Below the pieces are notes generated by a model, which did no database searches, was not told the origin of the DNA, and was given only the letters and a program-made list of their open reading frames with translations. A stretch of DNA of 64,000 bases, taken from positions 145,390,001-145,454,000 of the forward strand of contig OZ024740.1 in the NCBI GenBank assembly GCA_964016885.1. The letters run 5' to 3'. Of the stretch, positions 13,549 through 28,121 are shown in pieces (positions within the stretch are counted from its first letter, which is position 1; the number at the start of each line of letters is the position of its first letter). This DNA comes from Eledone cirrhosa (lineage: Eukaryota). Made by a program: the position numbers and the translations under genes.

Positions 13549-13924
13549 TGCATGCATATATGGATGTGTCACAAATTATATGTATGTATATATGTTTATA
13601 TACGTATATATGCTCCACATCTGTTTAATTCTCTCCAAAAATATTGAGTCTGATGACTAGTTAGATTCGTACCTGATGCTTGTTGGAAGGCGATATTAGA
13701 TGTCTATCATTGAAAGATCATAGCAGCTTTCTATCCTCAACTTCGTGCAGTGAGGAACAAATAATACCTGTCCACTCCTTTTTACTTTCTTAATTGTTCC
13801 TTTTAGATGGTGTTTCGTAACAAGATACTCAACCATACTCAGTGATCATGCAGAAATTCATTGATGAGTTTCACCAGTTTTTGTCAAAACAAGGGACTAA
13901 TTTTTTTTAGTCACCCTTTATATA

Positions 13925-14010
<86 letters not shown>

Positions 14011-14117
14011 ATGTGTGTGTACATGTGTGTGGGGGTATGTGTGTGCGTGCTGGGGGGGTATGTGTGGGTGGGTATGTGTGTGTGTGGTGGGGGGGGGGGT
14101 ATGTATGAGTGGGTGGG

Positions 14118-14252
<135 letters not shown>

Positions 14253-14638
14253 TCTGTGTGTCTGTGTCTCTGTGTGTCTGTGTCTCTGTGTCTATGTGTG
14301 TGTGCAAAGCAAATCTATTTATTCACATAGAAGGATGTCAAACTACAATATAACAAACTTAAATTATAGAACCAAATTCGAATATCTGAAATCCGGAGAT
14401 TTAATTTTAAATGCTACGTCCAGAGCTTTATACATAGAAATATCAGCTACATACACAATTTATGAAATAAATTGTCTAATAGAAATCTGTGCATCATGAC
14501 TTTATTAATCTACTTCTATTATATAAACGGTATTTCTACATACACACATCCATTTAGCCAGTTGTGGTGCCATGAAGAAAAGACGAGTAGAAGAGAAAAA
14601 TCATTACTAGTGTCATTCAATATCCAAATAGTTGAAAG

Positions 14639-14740
<102 letters not shown>

Positions 14741-17599
14741 TCTCTCTCTCTCGCAATATTTACAAGAAAAACCTGTTTAGAGATTTTATTCTCATGAAAG
14801 TTTTCTAAACGAAAAGAATTTAGGTGGCAGAGACAACTGTAAACGTCAATTTACAAAGGTAGTTGTTATGCCTAAGGTGTTTTACGCCGAAATATCAACT
14901 ACATATAGTATTTACTATGGAAAGTATGTAAAATAATATGCCTAGTACAAAACTGAACAATATGGCTTTATTAATCGATTATCAAATGTATATATTGCAT
15001 ATAAAATTGTCATATATCCTTCGGGTGCATAAAATTTGCCCTTCCATGTGTCATGTTAAATCTTTCTCATTTGGGCAAACCAAATCTAAAACAGATTTTC
15101 GTGTATTTCTATTAGTGGTTTCAATGAAGTGTTAGCGCTGGGCATCGTGTGACATAAATAAGTTGACCTATATAGAAGTAAATAAACGAATATAATTTTC
15201 TGAGGGCTGAGCAGATTAGATAATAAATAAGACGGATAGATCGACAGATAGGTGAACTAACAGATAGGCAGACAAGTAGACAGAGATATAGATTTCATTC
15301 ATGTAAAGAGCCTACTTTGATTTTACTATTTCTCTCATCCGTCTCTTCTATAGAATTTCGAAAATATTTTTTATTACTCTGGAAAATTCCTTAATTATAC
15401 CTTAGCAGCCATAACTGGCGGTGTTAGCAGCATTCTTGCTAATATTACAGATTCTCTAGATATGTTCGAGAGAGCTTAATTACTAGAGTCGTCATAAAAC
15501 CTAGCTCAAAACAATAACTGGCATTAATGCTCTGCATTTTTTTTTTTTTTTTTACTTTATCACACTAAAATATAATAAAGCCTTCTCTTTATTGAAGATA
15601 ATTTATTAGTTTCCTTATACAAATGCAAATCTTATCTATTTGCTTGAAAAATAATTAATATTGCCTAGGGCTTGAGAGTCACTGCTTAGATCCAATTTCA
15701 TAGACTAAAATGAATAAGGAATAAATCTCCTGCTGGATAAGATTTCACTCTATTACGGATAGCATTACCAGACAACCTATTACCTTTTCTCAATAAGTAA
15801 AGAAAATACAATATTTCTTAATGTAACACAGAAACAGAGAGGATCACTAGCTGGATTCCATGAGAAGTGAAAAATTAAGCTTTCAATCTAGTCAAATATT
15901 CCTGTGGACAAAGCACTAGAGCTAGGCAGTATTGAAACATTGAACTTATATAGGCGTTTGCCACTTCTACCGAACTTTCAGGTATAGTTTTCTCAGCTCA
16001 TATATGAGCGAGATTGACCACACTGATCTTCTCGACCTGGAAATCTCAATCAGTGAGTATTTTAACCAGACATTTGATCCAACGTCCAATTCATCAAGTA
16101 CTTCTGATTAATCTAAATTGATTAGTGCCTTACTGAAACCGGATAAACTTCCTACCATATCTACTCTTCTGAGATATTCATGACAGGTGTCATATTTGTA
16201 ATTTTATAGGATTTTATTCTTAACCAAATGATGGGATGGTTACTACTGGAACGCCTTGGATCAAAAGTTTATTTAATCAGAAGTCTGGGTCTAAACAACA
16301 ACAACGTAAATACACTCACCCAATTCTCAATACTTGGAGTTATGAGAAAGAAAAGCAGGTATATACTGGGGCCTCTTGTCTTAAAAGGAAAGGAGCCGAT
16401 CGCCAGATCGTACCAAAGAAACTGTTTACATTGCTCTTTCCATTGTTAATATTATATGCCGCTCTACTTGAAGTGGGTTAATCTTATCTCCCTAAGGAAC
16501 ATTCCCCATGTCCATAAGAAATACATTTTTTATCTGTACGTATGCAATCTGATGTCTTTCTTTCTTTCTTTTTCCTTGTAAAGACATCCCTTTATGTTTC
16601 TCCACCACCAACACAATATTTTTATTTATCTATTTATCTATTTATTGCTGCTAGCTCATTCGTCAGATTCCTGTTGCTCTTTCGAATAACTGTCAACGTT
16701 GGACAATGCAAAGGAAAAGTTAATTTGACACATTTTTACACTACTTTTTCGTGATAGTCTTCGAGTATTTTTCAGTCTTTTTTTTTATTATTTGTTTGTT
16801 TGTTTTTTTGTTGATTTTTTTCCTTTTTTTTCGTGCCATTACACATTTTGCTTTCTTTACCTACCGGTAAATCGAACACCAACAACAAAGATAGCAAAAT
16901 GATTACTTCTAAATTAAGTATGAAATCACAATTTAGAAGAAAAGCTGCCCTTCATCTAATTAATCCCCAGTACTTGACTGTCACTTATTTTATCCTCGCC
17001 ACTTAACTGGTGCTTATTTCACTCACGCTAAAAGGATAGAAAGCAATGTCAACCGGTAAAATAACGTAACTATATAGAACAACGCATTTTGTCCGGTATT
17101 CTACTGATTCTTCTATAAATAATTTCTGATTTAGGCACAAGGCCAATAATTTTTTGGGGAAGGGAAAGTTGATTAAATCGACCCCAGTTAGTTACTGTTA
17201 TTTTATTTTATTGACCCCGTAAGAATGAAAGGCAAAGCTAACCTCGGCGGGATTTGGACCACCCTTTTAATAATGAAATATATAATAAAAGAAACAATTG
17301 ACATCATAGCAATTCCGGAACAAAGCTATATCTTTAATGTTGTGAGATAGAGACAAAAAACAAGAAACCCATTGATAAAATTTAGGCTACATAATCTGAA
17401 AGTTAACAGTTATCGCTTGTACACTCTAAATAGAATTAAGAAAGAGGTTTGGGACAACTTGAGATGGTATATAAAACCGGGATAAGTAGACTAGATAATT
17501 ACACCAAAACAAAGCAAGAAACTTTATTACAAGACGTTACTGAAGACAGTAAAAACAAAAGGTTACACGCACAACGACGCACAAAAATACACAGACACA

Positions 17600-18030
17600 A
17601 ACAAATATACAAACAAACAAATATACAGACACACACGAATATACAGGCTCACAAGAATATACAGGCTCACAAGAATATACAGGCTCACAAGAATATACAG
17701 GCTCACAAGAATATACAGGCTCACAAGAATATCAGACACACACGAATATACAGACTCACAAGAATATACAGGCTCACAAGAATATACAGACTCACAAGAA
17801 TATACAGGCTCACAAGAATATCAGACACACACGAATATACAGACACACACGAATATACAGGCTCACAAGAATATACAGGCTCACAAGAATATCAGACACA
17901 CACGAATATACAGACTTACAAGAATACACAGCCACATAAGAATACACAGAGACACAAAAATATACAGACACAAGAATACTCGCAGAAACACAAAACACGC
18001 AAAGACAAGAATACACAAAGGCACACTCGA
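17600..18030. repeat. 18-bp minisatellite (acaagaatatacaggctc) with 16-bp variants
   Basis: Direct tandem units are visible; this array explains the 225-aa ORF at 17449. Confidence 0.9.
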
Positions 18031-18105
<75 letters not shown>

Positions 18106-18131
18106 CTGACTGGTCGGTCAAGGTGATCAAG

Positions 18132-18180
<49 letters not shown>

Positions 18181-18481
18181 TATAGAGTAAAGCATGTCCA
18201 GAGAATTATTTGATAATATATATACATCATCTCTACTCCCAATCAGCATAATTAACCACACAAAAAAATCAATTAGACCAGGCTATAAGAATAAAAGGCA
18301 CCTATGAAGAAACAGTAAATAAATACGCCACAGCGGCGTCTTCGCGTCCAACCACTATAGAATATTTGCCCAACATTTCAACAGCACGTGGAAATTAATT
18401 AAATATACGGTCAACCATACATAATTAGGTAAAAATTAAAGTTAGAAATGCTTATATACATACCAGGATTAAATCACTAAA

Positions 18482-18556
18482 TCCCGACCCAAGGGTTTCG
18501 CTCACATTTTGAGATATCTTATTAAGGACATCTCGAGTTTAGAGCTCATCAGGGGA
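18482..18556 (-). ncRNA. Type I hammerhead ribozyme with extended stem II (pLTR remnant ~18180-18740)
   Basis: Minus strand: UCCC CUGAUGA GCUC-[uaaacuc gagauguc cuuaauaa gauaucuc aaaaugu]-GAGC GAAA CCCUUGG GUC GGGA. Intact core with a GUC site. Confidence 0.85.
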
Positions 18557-20084
18557 CAAACTCGCTAGGACAGATTATTTTCCGAAGTGGCCCCCGCCAA
18601 ACACGAATTCAAAATGGTTGAGAACTGTGACGTGGCAGTGGTCAAGTCAGGAAGGGTGTGATTGGTTGCTTACGGCGATTGGGTTGGTTGCTAGAAAGCG
18701 CAGCCCAATATCGCCCCAAATTGTATCTCAACCTTATATATATGTGTGTGTGGGGGGGGGGGTGCACCTCACGTTAGTATCTGTTGATAAATACTGAGTA
18801 TTATGTACCACCAAGTAGGATGGTAGAGTGACGAAATAAATGGTTTACAAACAAACCTTATTAGATAGACAACAGACTCTTCTATCTATACACATTTATA
18901 GATGTAACAAATCATTTAAACCTAATTATATTAAGAAATATGTTATCAAAATTGGCGATTCTTTTTTATCGTCTGAATATTTTCACTTCACCCACTTACA
19001 AATAAGGACTTGTTAGATATCTAGTTCAAATGGCTCTTTTAGCTTATCAAATACTTCAACGAAACCAGTGTTTTACAGTACACGAAAAATGCGCTAGGTC
19101 TTTTTTGTATTGCTGGTTCTGGATGTCTAAAAGGAAAGTTCAGCTGATTAAGCTAACTAACAGCAATGCTTCCTGTTCCTAACCATACAGTCAACATTAA
19201 CGCCTGTCAAGTTTTGTTAGTGAATTGAAAAAATGTTTAAACAAATGTGTCTGAAAAACGCGAACAAGGGCTAATTTATGTCTAGAATGTTTTATTAACG
19301 CTTAACTAAGTTGAAATAATTGAATAGTAACAGAAGTAAATTATTTTGCTCCTTCGGGTTGTTACATATATTCTGCAGAACCAAATCACATATTTTAGCG
19401 ATTATATTTTATTAACAATATACGACTTAATTGTATTGTTTACATTTTACATTCCTCTACAGGGAATATAATATAGAAAATAAAATATTTCTGTTTCTTA
19501 CAAAAAACTACCACTAATTATTTATTTACATAATTATTTATTCAGACGAGTATATTAGCGACCACACACTGATCTATCTTCTTCACACCACTCTGATTCA
19601 TCTCTTGTTACAACAACGTTATGCCTCTGGCCAAGACATTTAACTGTACAGTATCCCAGCATGCCTGTCTATAAAGAGCTACTATAGGGTTGCAGTAACT
19701 ACTTTCAAGTTAGAGTAAGTTGTTCCGGTACATGCTAGGACAACTAGCCACTGTACGAGCCAGTAAGAGAGCTTCTGCGTGGTCGTTCGATCTGCAAAAA
19801 ATTGCAACCAAATCTCTCTCAAATTACACCCACTGTCCTAATACGAAAAAGGTGTATTAGAATATGTAGTCTTAGATTCCCTTTCTAAGAATACAGTATG
19901 GTTCAAGATTGGAATGCCTCTGATTATAGGATTGCCAATCAAAGTTGAACATCAACAACTAGTCAGTCTAAACAGCAACAGCAGTACTACAAAATTTACA
20001 AACGAATATACGAGGAAAAGGATGATTGCTGGAATACTCAATGAATTAGAAATGCTCGTCAGTATAGTAAAGCAGTATAGTGAA

Positions 20085-20200
20085 GGTGCATGGCTTAGTA
20101 GTTAGAGAGTTGGATTCGCAATCGTGAGGTTGCGAGTTCAACTCTCGGACCGGGTGATGCGTTGGGTCCTTGAGCAAGACACTTTATTTCACGTTGCTCC
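20085..20200 (+). mobile_element. tRNA-derived SINE family C, 5' part (probable 3' part of the family at ~27895-28121, minus strand)
   Basis: A box tggcttagtagttag, B box gagttcaactc, then gtccttgagcaagacactttatttcacgttgctcc. Confidence 0.7.
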
Positions 20201-21919
20201 TTCTGCCAGGAGTTGCAACCGGTAGATAGTATCAGCAATGGAAAGACCAAATGGAAACATTGTTTCCTTGGTCCGATTTGATGAGGTCCGCCCCAACTGG
20301 CAAGCGAATGAGCTCTGGGATCTTGTCAATCGATCAGAGCGATAGTAAATCTGGTTAAATAGCAGAAAATGTGGGTCGTTGAAATGAATGCCTTAAATTA
20401 TTTAGTTTTGTGTATCTACATTCTAAATTCGAACCCCGATAATCAGCTCTACCTTTCAGCTTTTCGCACTTTATAAATGAACTACCAGGCGTGTACTTAG
20501 ATAACTTCAATCAACCCTACTCGACTTTGCAATATGAGGCTTATTGTCAATTTAAGAAGTAATTGATAGCCAAGCAGGGTTGAAGCAAATCCCCAACTGA
20601 AAGAAGATCCAAATATATTTATGCAGTATAGTTGTGTAGGGCCTCGGCTGCTACCATTAAATTACCCTACTCGGGGGATAAGACATTGCAATACTCTCTT
20701 GTAACAATATAACACAATCTCCTAGACAGAAATATCTCGTAACGACTGGTATTATAGGACATTAGCGAAAAATAATTTGAATCCACTGAAATACTTGCAC
20801 TTAAATGTAACTAGAGAATCGAATAACGAGTTGTAACCATGAAGGTGTACATAGTTATGAGTTGGTTAATCGTTTTATAAAACTTTTGGGAAAATACATT
20901 AACTTTATGCTTAATATAGACCCTTTCATGAAATAGAAACCGTCTTTCGCAAAATTAACGAACGGTTATTCACAGCGGGACACGGTGTCCTTTTAGAACT
21001 GAGACTTGATATTGTATATTCTATTATTAATCTGCTTGTTTGGCTGTTTGCGTTCTGAATTCAAATACCACCAAAGTCAAATTGACTTTCATCCTTCTGG
21101 GGTCAACAAAATATAGTACCAATCAAGTACTTGGGTCGATTTAATCGACTTTTCTTTCTTCCCCAAATTGCTGGCTTTGTGCATAAATTAAAAGCCATTA
21201 TTGATCTCTGAATATGGCCTAATTCTAAAATGTTTATGGTTTAATCAATCTCGGTAATAGACTAGTACTTTCTTCCGCAAGCGAGGTAACCTCTACGTGA
21301 TCGTTTGGCCTGCTAAAAATAACAGCCAAATCTCCCTCAAACAACACTCCACCGCCTTAAGAAGAGGGTAGTACACACATTAGATATTGCAGTTCTAAAA
21401 ACTCCAAAAATAACCTGGATAATCATGGTTGGAATGACTTTGATCAGAGTTGAACTGGGGCTAACCAATAACAACCAGTATTTATTTTATCAACCTTTGT
21501 TATTTATTCAGAATCCAAAGTGGCATCATAGCTACAGTACCTAAGTACAATACCTTAAACTTTCCCAATAAAAATTAAATTACGTGCTCTATACATGTGT
21601 TACGAAATCGTACATCGCCATATTTCGTATCTTCATTTTTTCAAGTTTTGACGCAAAAATTTCCGCTAAAAAGATCTACGCAGTAGGAAGTCTCTGTCGT
21701 CTATAAAATGGTGACAAGCCTGCTGCTATATTGGCACGATGGTCAAGCTGGAGAGACAGCCTCTAATTCTTCGCTCACCTCCTTAGCCTATCTCTCCCAA
21801 TTTCTCTCTCCCTCTTTCTTTCTCTCTTTCTCTCTCCCTCTCTCTTTTCAACCTCACAAATACATACACACTATATCTAAATGAATTATCCTCTTGTCAA
21901 TGTGTCATGAGTATCTGAC

Positions 21920-22142
21920 TGTAACCACGTAATTTTATACATTCATGAGTGCCGTAACCAGCTCCTCCTCCAGCACCCCATGTCCAGCATTTCCATCTGA
22001 AGTTCCTTTGGCTCCAGTCCGGTGTCATTTTCAAGAACATCCTCCAGTGTAATGTTTGGTCTCCCAACTTGTCTGCATACAGGTTCATTGTGACGTTTCA
22101 TATGACCAGTTAGTACGAGACGCCGTCACCTTATGATATCAG
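21920..22142 (-). mobile_element. LINE (RTE-group) ORF2 C-terminal fragment
   Basis: Minus-strand translation IR*RRLVLTGHMKRHNEP....GRPNITLEDVLENDTGL...EL...MLD...WRR, a typical RTE-type C-terminus. Confidence 0.7.
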
Positions 22143-22185
22143 AAAAGATATATGCAACTTAACAAAAATAGCACTCCACACATCA

Positions 22186-22217
<32 letters not shown>

Positions 22218-22319
22218 TTAAAAGAATAGAGGTGTAACACACGAGTTATGATATATTGGTAAAAGGAAAAGAACTATTTTTCACTGGGAACAATTTGTCA
22301 GCATTTTCTTTTCCTTTTA

Positions 22320-22364
<45 letters not shown>

Positions 22365-22675
22365 CGTAATCAATAGGTAAGTTTATGTATAAATCCCAGA
22401 GTAGACACAAAGTTATTTGCCTCGATACAACACGCGTAAATGGGTACCATAAATTTATACCCGTACTCGAGTTTCTACCACACTCAATGCAGTAAGAAAG
22501 CGTATAGCATCCATTGCCTGCATGTATTATGCAATAATGCACAATTGGTGCATGTGACTTCATCAGTGGGTTTCGCCTAATCAATAGCCAATCGATCGAC
22601 AGGATTCGATTCCAGTCTATGTTGGCTATCGCAGTAAATGCGATAGGCGACGCAGTAGTACAGTAATAAAATAAC

Positions 22676-22849
22676 TGTTTCTACTTTAGGCACAAGGCCA
22701 GCAATTACCCAGTGCATTACTGGTACTTTATTTTATCGACCCCGTAAGGATGAAAGGCAAAGTCAACCTCGGCGGGATTTGAACTCAGATCGTAAAGGGA
22801 CGTAACTATGCTGGAAAGCATGGCGTCCGACTGCCAATCCACCGCCCAT
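22676..22849 (-). mobile_element. tRNA-derived SINE family A with 17-bp target-site duplication
   Basis: TSD tacagtaataaaataac at 22659-22675 and 22850-22866. Confidence 0.9.
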
Positions 22850-23468
22850 TACAGTAATAAAATAACGTCAACCGATTGGCTACTGGTTCGGAAATTTACG
22901 TGATGGCTAGGAGTCAAGGTTCTATGTTTCAGTAAGAACTCAAACAACATGTCTCAAATCAAACACAAATTAACAAGTGAGTGAAAAATCGGTTGAGAAA
23001 AATCTGTCTTGAATCGCTGTACAATAGAGTGGTAGCATTCAACTCTAGTCTCCAAGTATCATGGCAAATGTGGTGGGAGAATAAAAAATGGTAGTATCTA
23101 AAACCTTTCCAGACATTAAATGCCAGCAGGCAATTAGACAGCGATACAGAGCTAGTGTGCTGGTTAGAATTTCAATTTGGAATATTCCGACCGACCACGT
23201 GCGCAAAACCAATCAATTTCACAATGTATTTGAGTTAATAGGTGAGTGAGAGAGAAAGATAGAAACAGGTATTAGAGCGTACATTAAACAAAACACAATA
23301 AAAAATGTGGAACCTTGCTTAACTTACTCTCATTGTGAACCTGCGATTTGGGAGAAAAATAATAAGGTTTCCCTGTTAGTACCAGTATATATATTATATT
23401 ATATTATATTATATTATATTATATTATATTATATTATATTATATTATATTATTTATGTTATGGGACAA

Positions 23469-23556
23469 AAGCGCTACCCAAGGTTTCAAGACCCAGTATT
23501 GACCATACCGCCAGAATACAAGAGGCATCAACTTTGTGGCCTTTCTTCAGGCGCTT
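23469..23556 (-). ncRNA. Type I hammerhead ribozyme, extended stem II (PLE-1 3' pLTR)
   Basis: AAGCGC CUGAAGA AAGGCC-[44 nt]-GGUCUU GAAA CCUUGG GUA GCGCUU. 6-bp stem I, 6-bp stem II, GUA site. Confidence 0.88.
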
Positions 23557-25174
23557 ATACGAATTTATAAAATACCGGTAAAAGTAAAGCGTGCTAAAAA
23601 TGCTAGTTTACGAAAAAACGTATTATAACAAAGGGAAATAACTCCAAGATGTAAATTTGAAATGTAAGCTCGTTCATGTGCTAGTATGTGTATGCTATAG
23701 CAGAGGTATTGTACTATGTGGTAAAATGTAATATAGAGATGGCGTTATTTATTAAGGTATGGAGTAGAGTAGTATAGAAAGTTTATTGTATTATGTAAGT
23801 GTGGAAAGAGAAATATAAAGAAAAGATATAACGGAAGCATATAAATCAAAATAAGGTGGTTGAAAATCAGTCGATTTGTTGAGTATTTCCACTTTGCAAG
23901 CAGTTGGATTTTGATATGGAGGCATCCTCTAAAAATGTTGCTCTTTGAATTCAAGTAAGTATTGTTCAGAGATGGCAAACCTTGTAATATCCTAAATTTT
24001 TCAATAATACAAGGACGACATTTCTAGGTAGTAGCATTTGTGAAGGGTTTGATCTTTCAAGTATATTCCAAGTAATATTGTCTGGGACTCCTTTCTCCTT
24101 TAACTGTCAAACTTTTTCTGCCAGAGTTGTACTGGTTCTCATATCAGGATTCTAGAAGGAGTGGAGATGCGTGTAAAAACGTTATTTAAAACAATCTTGC
24201 ACCATACCGACGTATCTTTCGCAAACTTCAGAATTTTCTGTGTTGTTGTATGTAATCTCTGCCTCATACATAACGGATTTAATATTACATTTATGTTGGA
24301 GATGGCAGTTTCTTTAATCATACAAGAGCAGTTTGGATTAATGTCGGGTATATTCTTTGCAGTAATTTTTGGTCTCATAGACAGTCCACATAAAAAGGAT
24401 ATCTTGACGGAATTGCGATTGAATATTTTAGTGTATCTATATTGTGGTGGGAAATGTCTATCTACTAAATCTAAAAACTTCTTACCTTCATTAGTCTTTA
24501 CTTTAAGGAAAAAGTGGGGTGCGAACCAAATAATTCTTCTTTTTCTGTTAGTATTTTTAGTATGGTTTGGTTGGGAATGATTGGGTGCGTACTTAATTTT
24601 GTCCTTAAAACCACTATTTATGAGAGCTTGGTTGCAGTAAGCGCAGCCTTATCGAAAATCTCCCTGATTGCTCATAGATTTGAAATCCTACGACTAATAT
24701 TAGAAACTAAATTTGTTTAAACTGCAGAAAGAGGCATGCGTCTTTATTAATATATTTCAATTTTTCGTTAGGCTTATGGTAAGGAATGGTTTATACGAAG
24801 CTGTGTATAGGTCTAAGTTTACATGAAGGAAATTTGCATTTGTAAAATTTGTATCAATCGTAATATTAAGTCCTAGTGCAATTAATCTTTTACAGAATCT
24901 GTCCAGAGTCTGTCCGTTACAATCTTGTGAAAAAAAAGATCATCGTCACGGTATATACCAAAGAAGTGGTTGGGAGATTTAGACTTCAATGTATGAAGAA
25001 TGTATAAACCGAAAAGATTACAAACATCAGTACTGTCATATGACCCCGTGGATACATCAAAAGAATCATCAGGGTCATATTTTTTTACCCAAATAGAATA
25101 GATACTAAATAGGAGGGTTCTACGAGCATAGAATATAAGGTCATATTCCATATCGCTAATATATATGGGAAAAT

Positions 25175-25368
25175 GAGCGAAGGATTGGCAGTATCGGTAG
25201 AGGGTCGGCCGCCATGCTTTCCAGCATAGTTACGTCCCTTTACGGTCTGAGTTCAAATCCTACCGAGGTTAACTTTGCCTTTCATCCTTACGGGGGTCGA
25301 TAAAATAAAGTACCAGTAATGCACTGGGATAATTGCTGGCCTTGTGCCAAAAGTAGAAACAATTATTA
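25175..25368 (+). mobile_element. tRNA-derived SINE family A nested in PLE-1
   Basis: ggattggcagtatcggtagag...gagttcaaatcc...gtagaaacaattatt, interrupting RT coding sequence. Confidence 0.88.
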
Positions 25369-26333
25369 AGAAGGATCCTAGAAATATAGGGATAAAAATC
25401 TACAATATCAAACTGTGTAAATTTGGTTCTGTTTTTGAAGGGAATCAGGATATGACAGATGTATTATTCCACAGTGAGAGATTGGTGATTTATTAATACA
25501 GGTGTTGATGTCCCTTACATTGTTTTACTAGCTAGTCCAGGATTTATTAATCTACAGGTAGGCCTGCTAGTGAAATCAGGTTGTGATCCTTCAGAGTAAC
25601 GAAGGAAGGCATCACGTTCCGCAAAGCATTCTTCTATATTGTCTATTTTTAAATTTGTGGCAATATCTTTAGCCTCATCATTAATTTTATTATAGGTGTT
25701 AGGTTTAGCCTTTCGGTAATAATTGGTTATGCTAATAAGTATAAGGTTGTTGTATTTTTCCTTATCTAGTTGATACAATTTTCTTTTTCTTTTTTTTTTC
25801 GAAAATACAAAAACAATTTTGGTGGATTTGAATATTTTAAAGGCCTTTACAAGTGTATGCTGGAAGGAATTATATTACTTACGAAACTTGATGGCAGCGA
25901 CTATATCTAAGACGTCAGCTTCGAACGGGGCTAAATAAATTCTTAACTCTTGAGGTACTTAATGGAATTAATGTTAAATTTCTCAGTGGCAGTGGTGGCC
26001 ATTTCACCTTCGAACAGAAGAGACTTCCACATCAATCTACGTATATCTTCTAATTTTTAGAAAAGCATTTTAGTGTAAAAGGTGTTGGTGGGTGTCGCTA
26101 TATTTTTGGTTGAATAGTTAATCTCGTATACTTCCATATTTAGTAGTGATAGAAATATACAAAGTCCAAAGAGTCCTCAACAAAATGGATAAAAATTTCG
26201 ACTGACTCGCATATTTCTACCCATTTTATTGAGCACTCTTTGGACTCTGTAAATGCATACATATATATATATATAATATATATATGCGGGGGGGGGTGTA
26301 TGTGTGTGTCTGTGCATGTGTGTGTGTGTGGAG

Positions 26334-26441
<108 letters not shown>

Positions 26442-26633
26442 TCGTTTTCAAATATAAAAACTGGAAAGATGGAGGTGAAAAAATGTTATCAGCTCAAAAT
26501 ACCTTATTTATTACAATAAAAAATATATATATATATATGAATTCCTAATATGAAAGTTTATCCACACGTAGAACGAGTCCCGTTAGAATGAAACATATAA
26601 ATTAAATTATGATATAACTAACAGTGTTTGGTC

Positions 26634-26665
<32 letters not shown>

Positions 26666-27632
26666 TGCATAACATCTTGTCTTGCTCCTCGTTTACATCT
26701 TATTACATGTTTGTACATCCCCACATGTTGTACTGCAAGTCTGTAGTACTTTTCTTTAAAACGTTTTGTATGCCTGAACGGACCCTAGTAGCATATAAAT
26801 GAAAGTATTCAATTACCTGTTAACGTTAACGTTTAATGTACACACACATCTACATTAAAAGCTATATACACAGATTTTATAACTTACGTCTCAGATACGA
26901 TTCATTGCAATATCTCAACTGTGACGTTTCTAAACAAGTTGCTATGTAAGGATCGTTATTAGTTTTGGATATTGTAATACTGTACGAACTGTTTTCTTTA
27001 TCATATTAAAATAGAAAACTCAGCAGGAATTTTCGACGTCATTCTGCTAGTAAAGTTTACATCTGTTACGCTTGGCTTCGAACTCAAATTCAGTATCTGC
27101 TCACAGTTGTTTTCTGCACAACGATTTTATTTCCTCAAAGATGAAATATATTTTTAATGACAACAACAGGGAGGGTTTGTAACTAGAAACTTAAAATATT
27201 TTGATAAACTCTTGTTTCTCGCATCACATGTCTTTGATTACAGTGCACTAATGAACACTGAATTTCACATACTGTATGAGAAATCTGACATGTTTTTATG
27301 ACTGTTGATAGACACATTCCCTCTTTGAACTAACTTTGTACATCTGTCGCTCTAGAAAAGATAAAACGACATACTTGCCAACTATCATAAGCCGCAGACA
27401 CTTCAACTAAGTTTATGATATAGGTAAGTTAGTGTTAATGCAAGGCATGGCAAAAAAAACTAACGGTGGTGAAAAAAACAAGTCGTTGGCTGTTATTATG
27501 TGTGTTCTTTTGGCAATAATACTTCGATTATATTAGACCTCTCCAACGAAACATAGACTTCACCGTACTTACTGAAGAAATGATGAGAGAAACATTTATT
27601 CTCTGAATATTTCTGTTTTTCTATATCTACAG

Positions 27633-27772
27633 GTGTACATTATTGTACATTTACTTGGCGATTCTTCCATCCCAGCTTTGACGTGTATGGTGAAGTCTAT
27701 GCTTCAGTTATGAAGTCTAATGATACCGAGATGCGTTGGGAATTGTATCCAGCACTTGCCGAAAGATTCAAA
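27633..27772 (+). CDS. Putative internal coding exon of a host gene (unidentified protein)
   Basis: Pyrimidine-rich acceptor tttctgtttttctatatctacag|G; 140-nt open phase-1/phase-0 exon xVHYCTFTWRFFHPSFDVYGEVYASVMKSNDTEMRWELYPALAERFK; donor AAA|gtaatg. Higher GC than the flanks and no recognisable repeat motif. Confidence 0.6.
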
Positions 27773-28121
27773 GTAATGATTATCAATGACTCTTTTCTTA
27801 TAGGATAATTATTTATTGTTTAATACTTGATCATGTTAATATCAATTCCATTATTTTTTATTGTGTTTGATTGAGCCATGACATAATAGATTACTGTTGT
27901 TGTTGTTGTATCCCGCGGCTTCCCATGACGAGTTTTCCAGATGATCGAACAACGGAACAGCCTGCCCCTGAAGCTAACGTGGCGAAGAGAAGTGACTGAA
28001 CATTCCACAGGCAGGTGTACCCGTGACATAGTTCTCAGGGATATTCAGTGTGACACAGGTGTAACATGGCTGGTCCTTTGAATTAGTAGTGCAACTCATT
28101 TTACCTAGCTGAGTGAACTAG

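Larger units (their letters stand above)
23460..26250 (-). mobile_element. Penelope-like element PLE-1 (Naiad-like), near full length, decayed
   Basis: ATG at 26137 (MEVYEINYSTKNIATP); CRLINP; GSYDSTDVCNLFGL; GIYRDD; NRNSVKISF. 3' pLTR with a hammerhead at 23469-23556; short inverted repeat 26163-26250 at the 5' end; interrupted by a SINE at ~25175-25368. Confidence 0.88.

Noticed and set aside
16210-16481. Possible exon/ORFs at 16228 and 16236
   Set aside because: They overlap the 3' tail of repeat family B (ctggaacgccttggatca...ctaaacaacaac).
17449-18126. 225-aa ORF
   Set aside because: It is open only because of the 18-bp minisatellite and (TA)n.
20085-20150. tRNA gene
   Set aside because: The A and B boxes continue into a SINE body and there is no complete cloverleaf.
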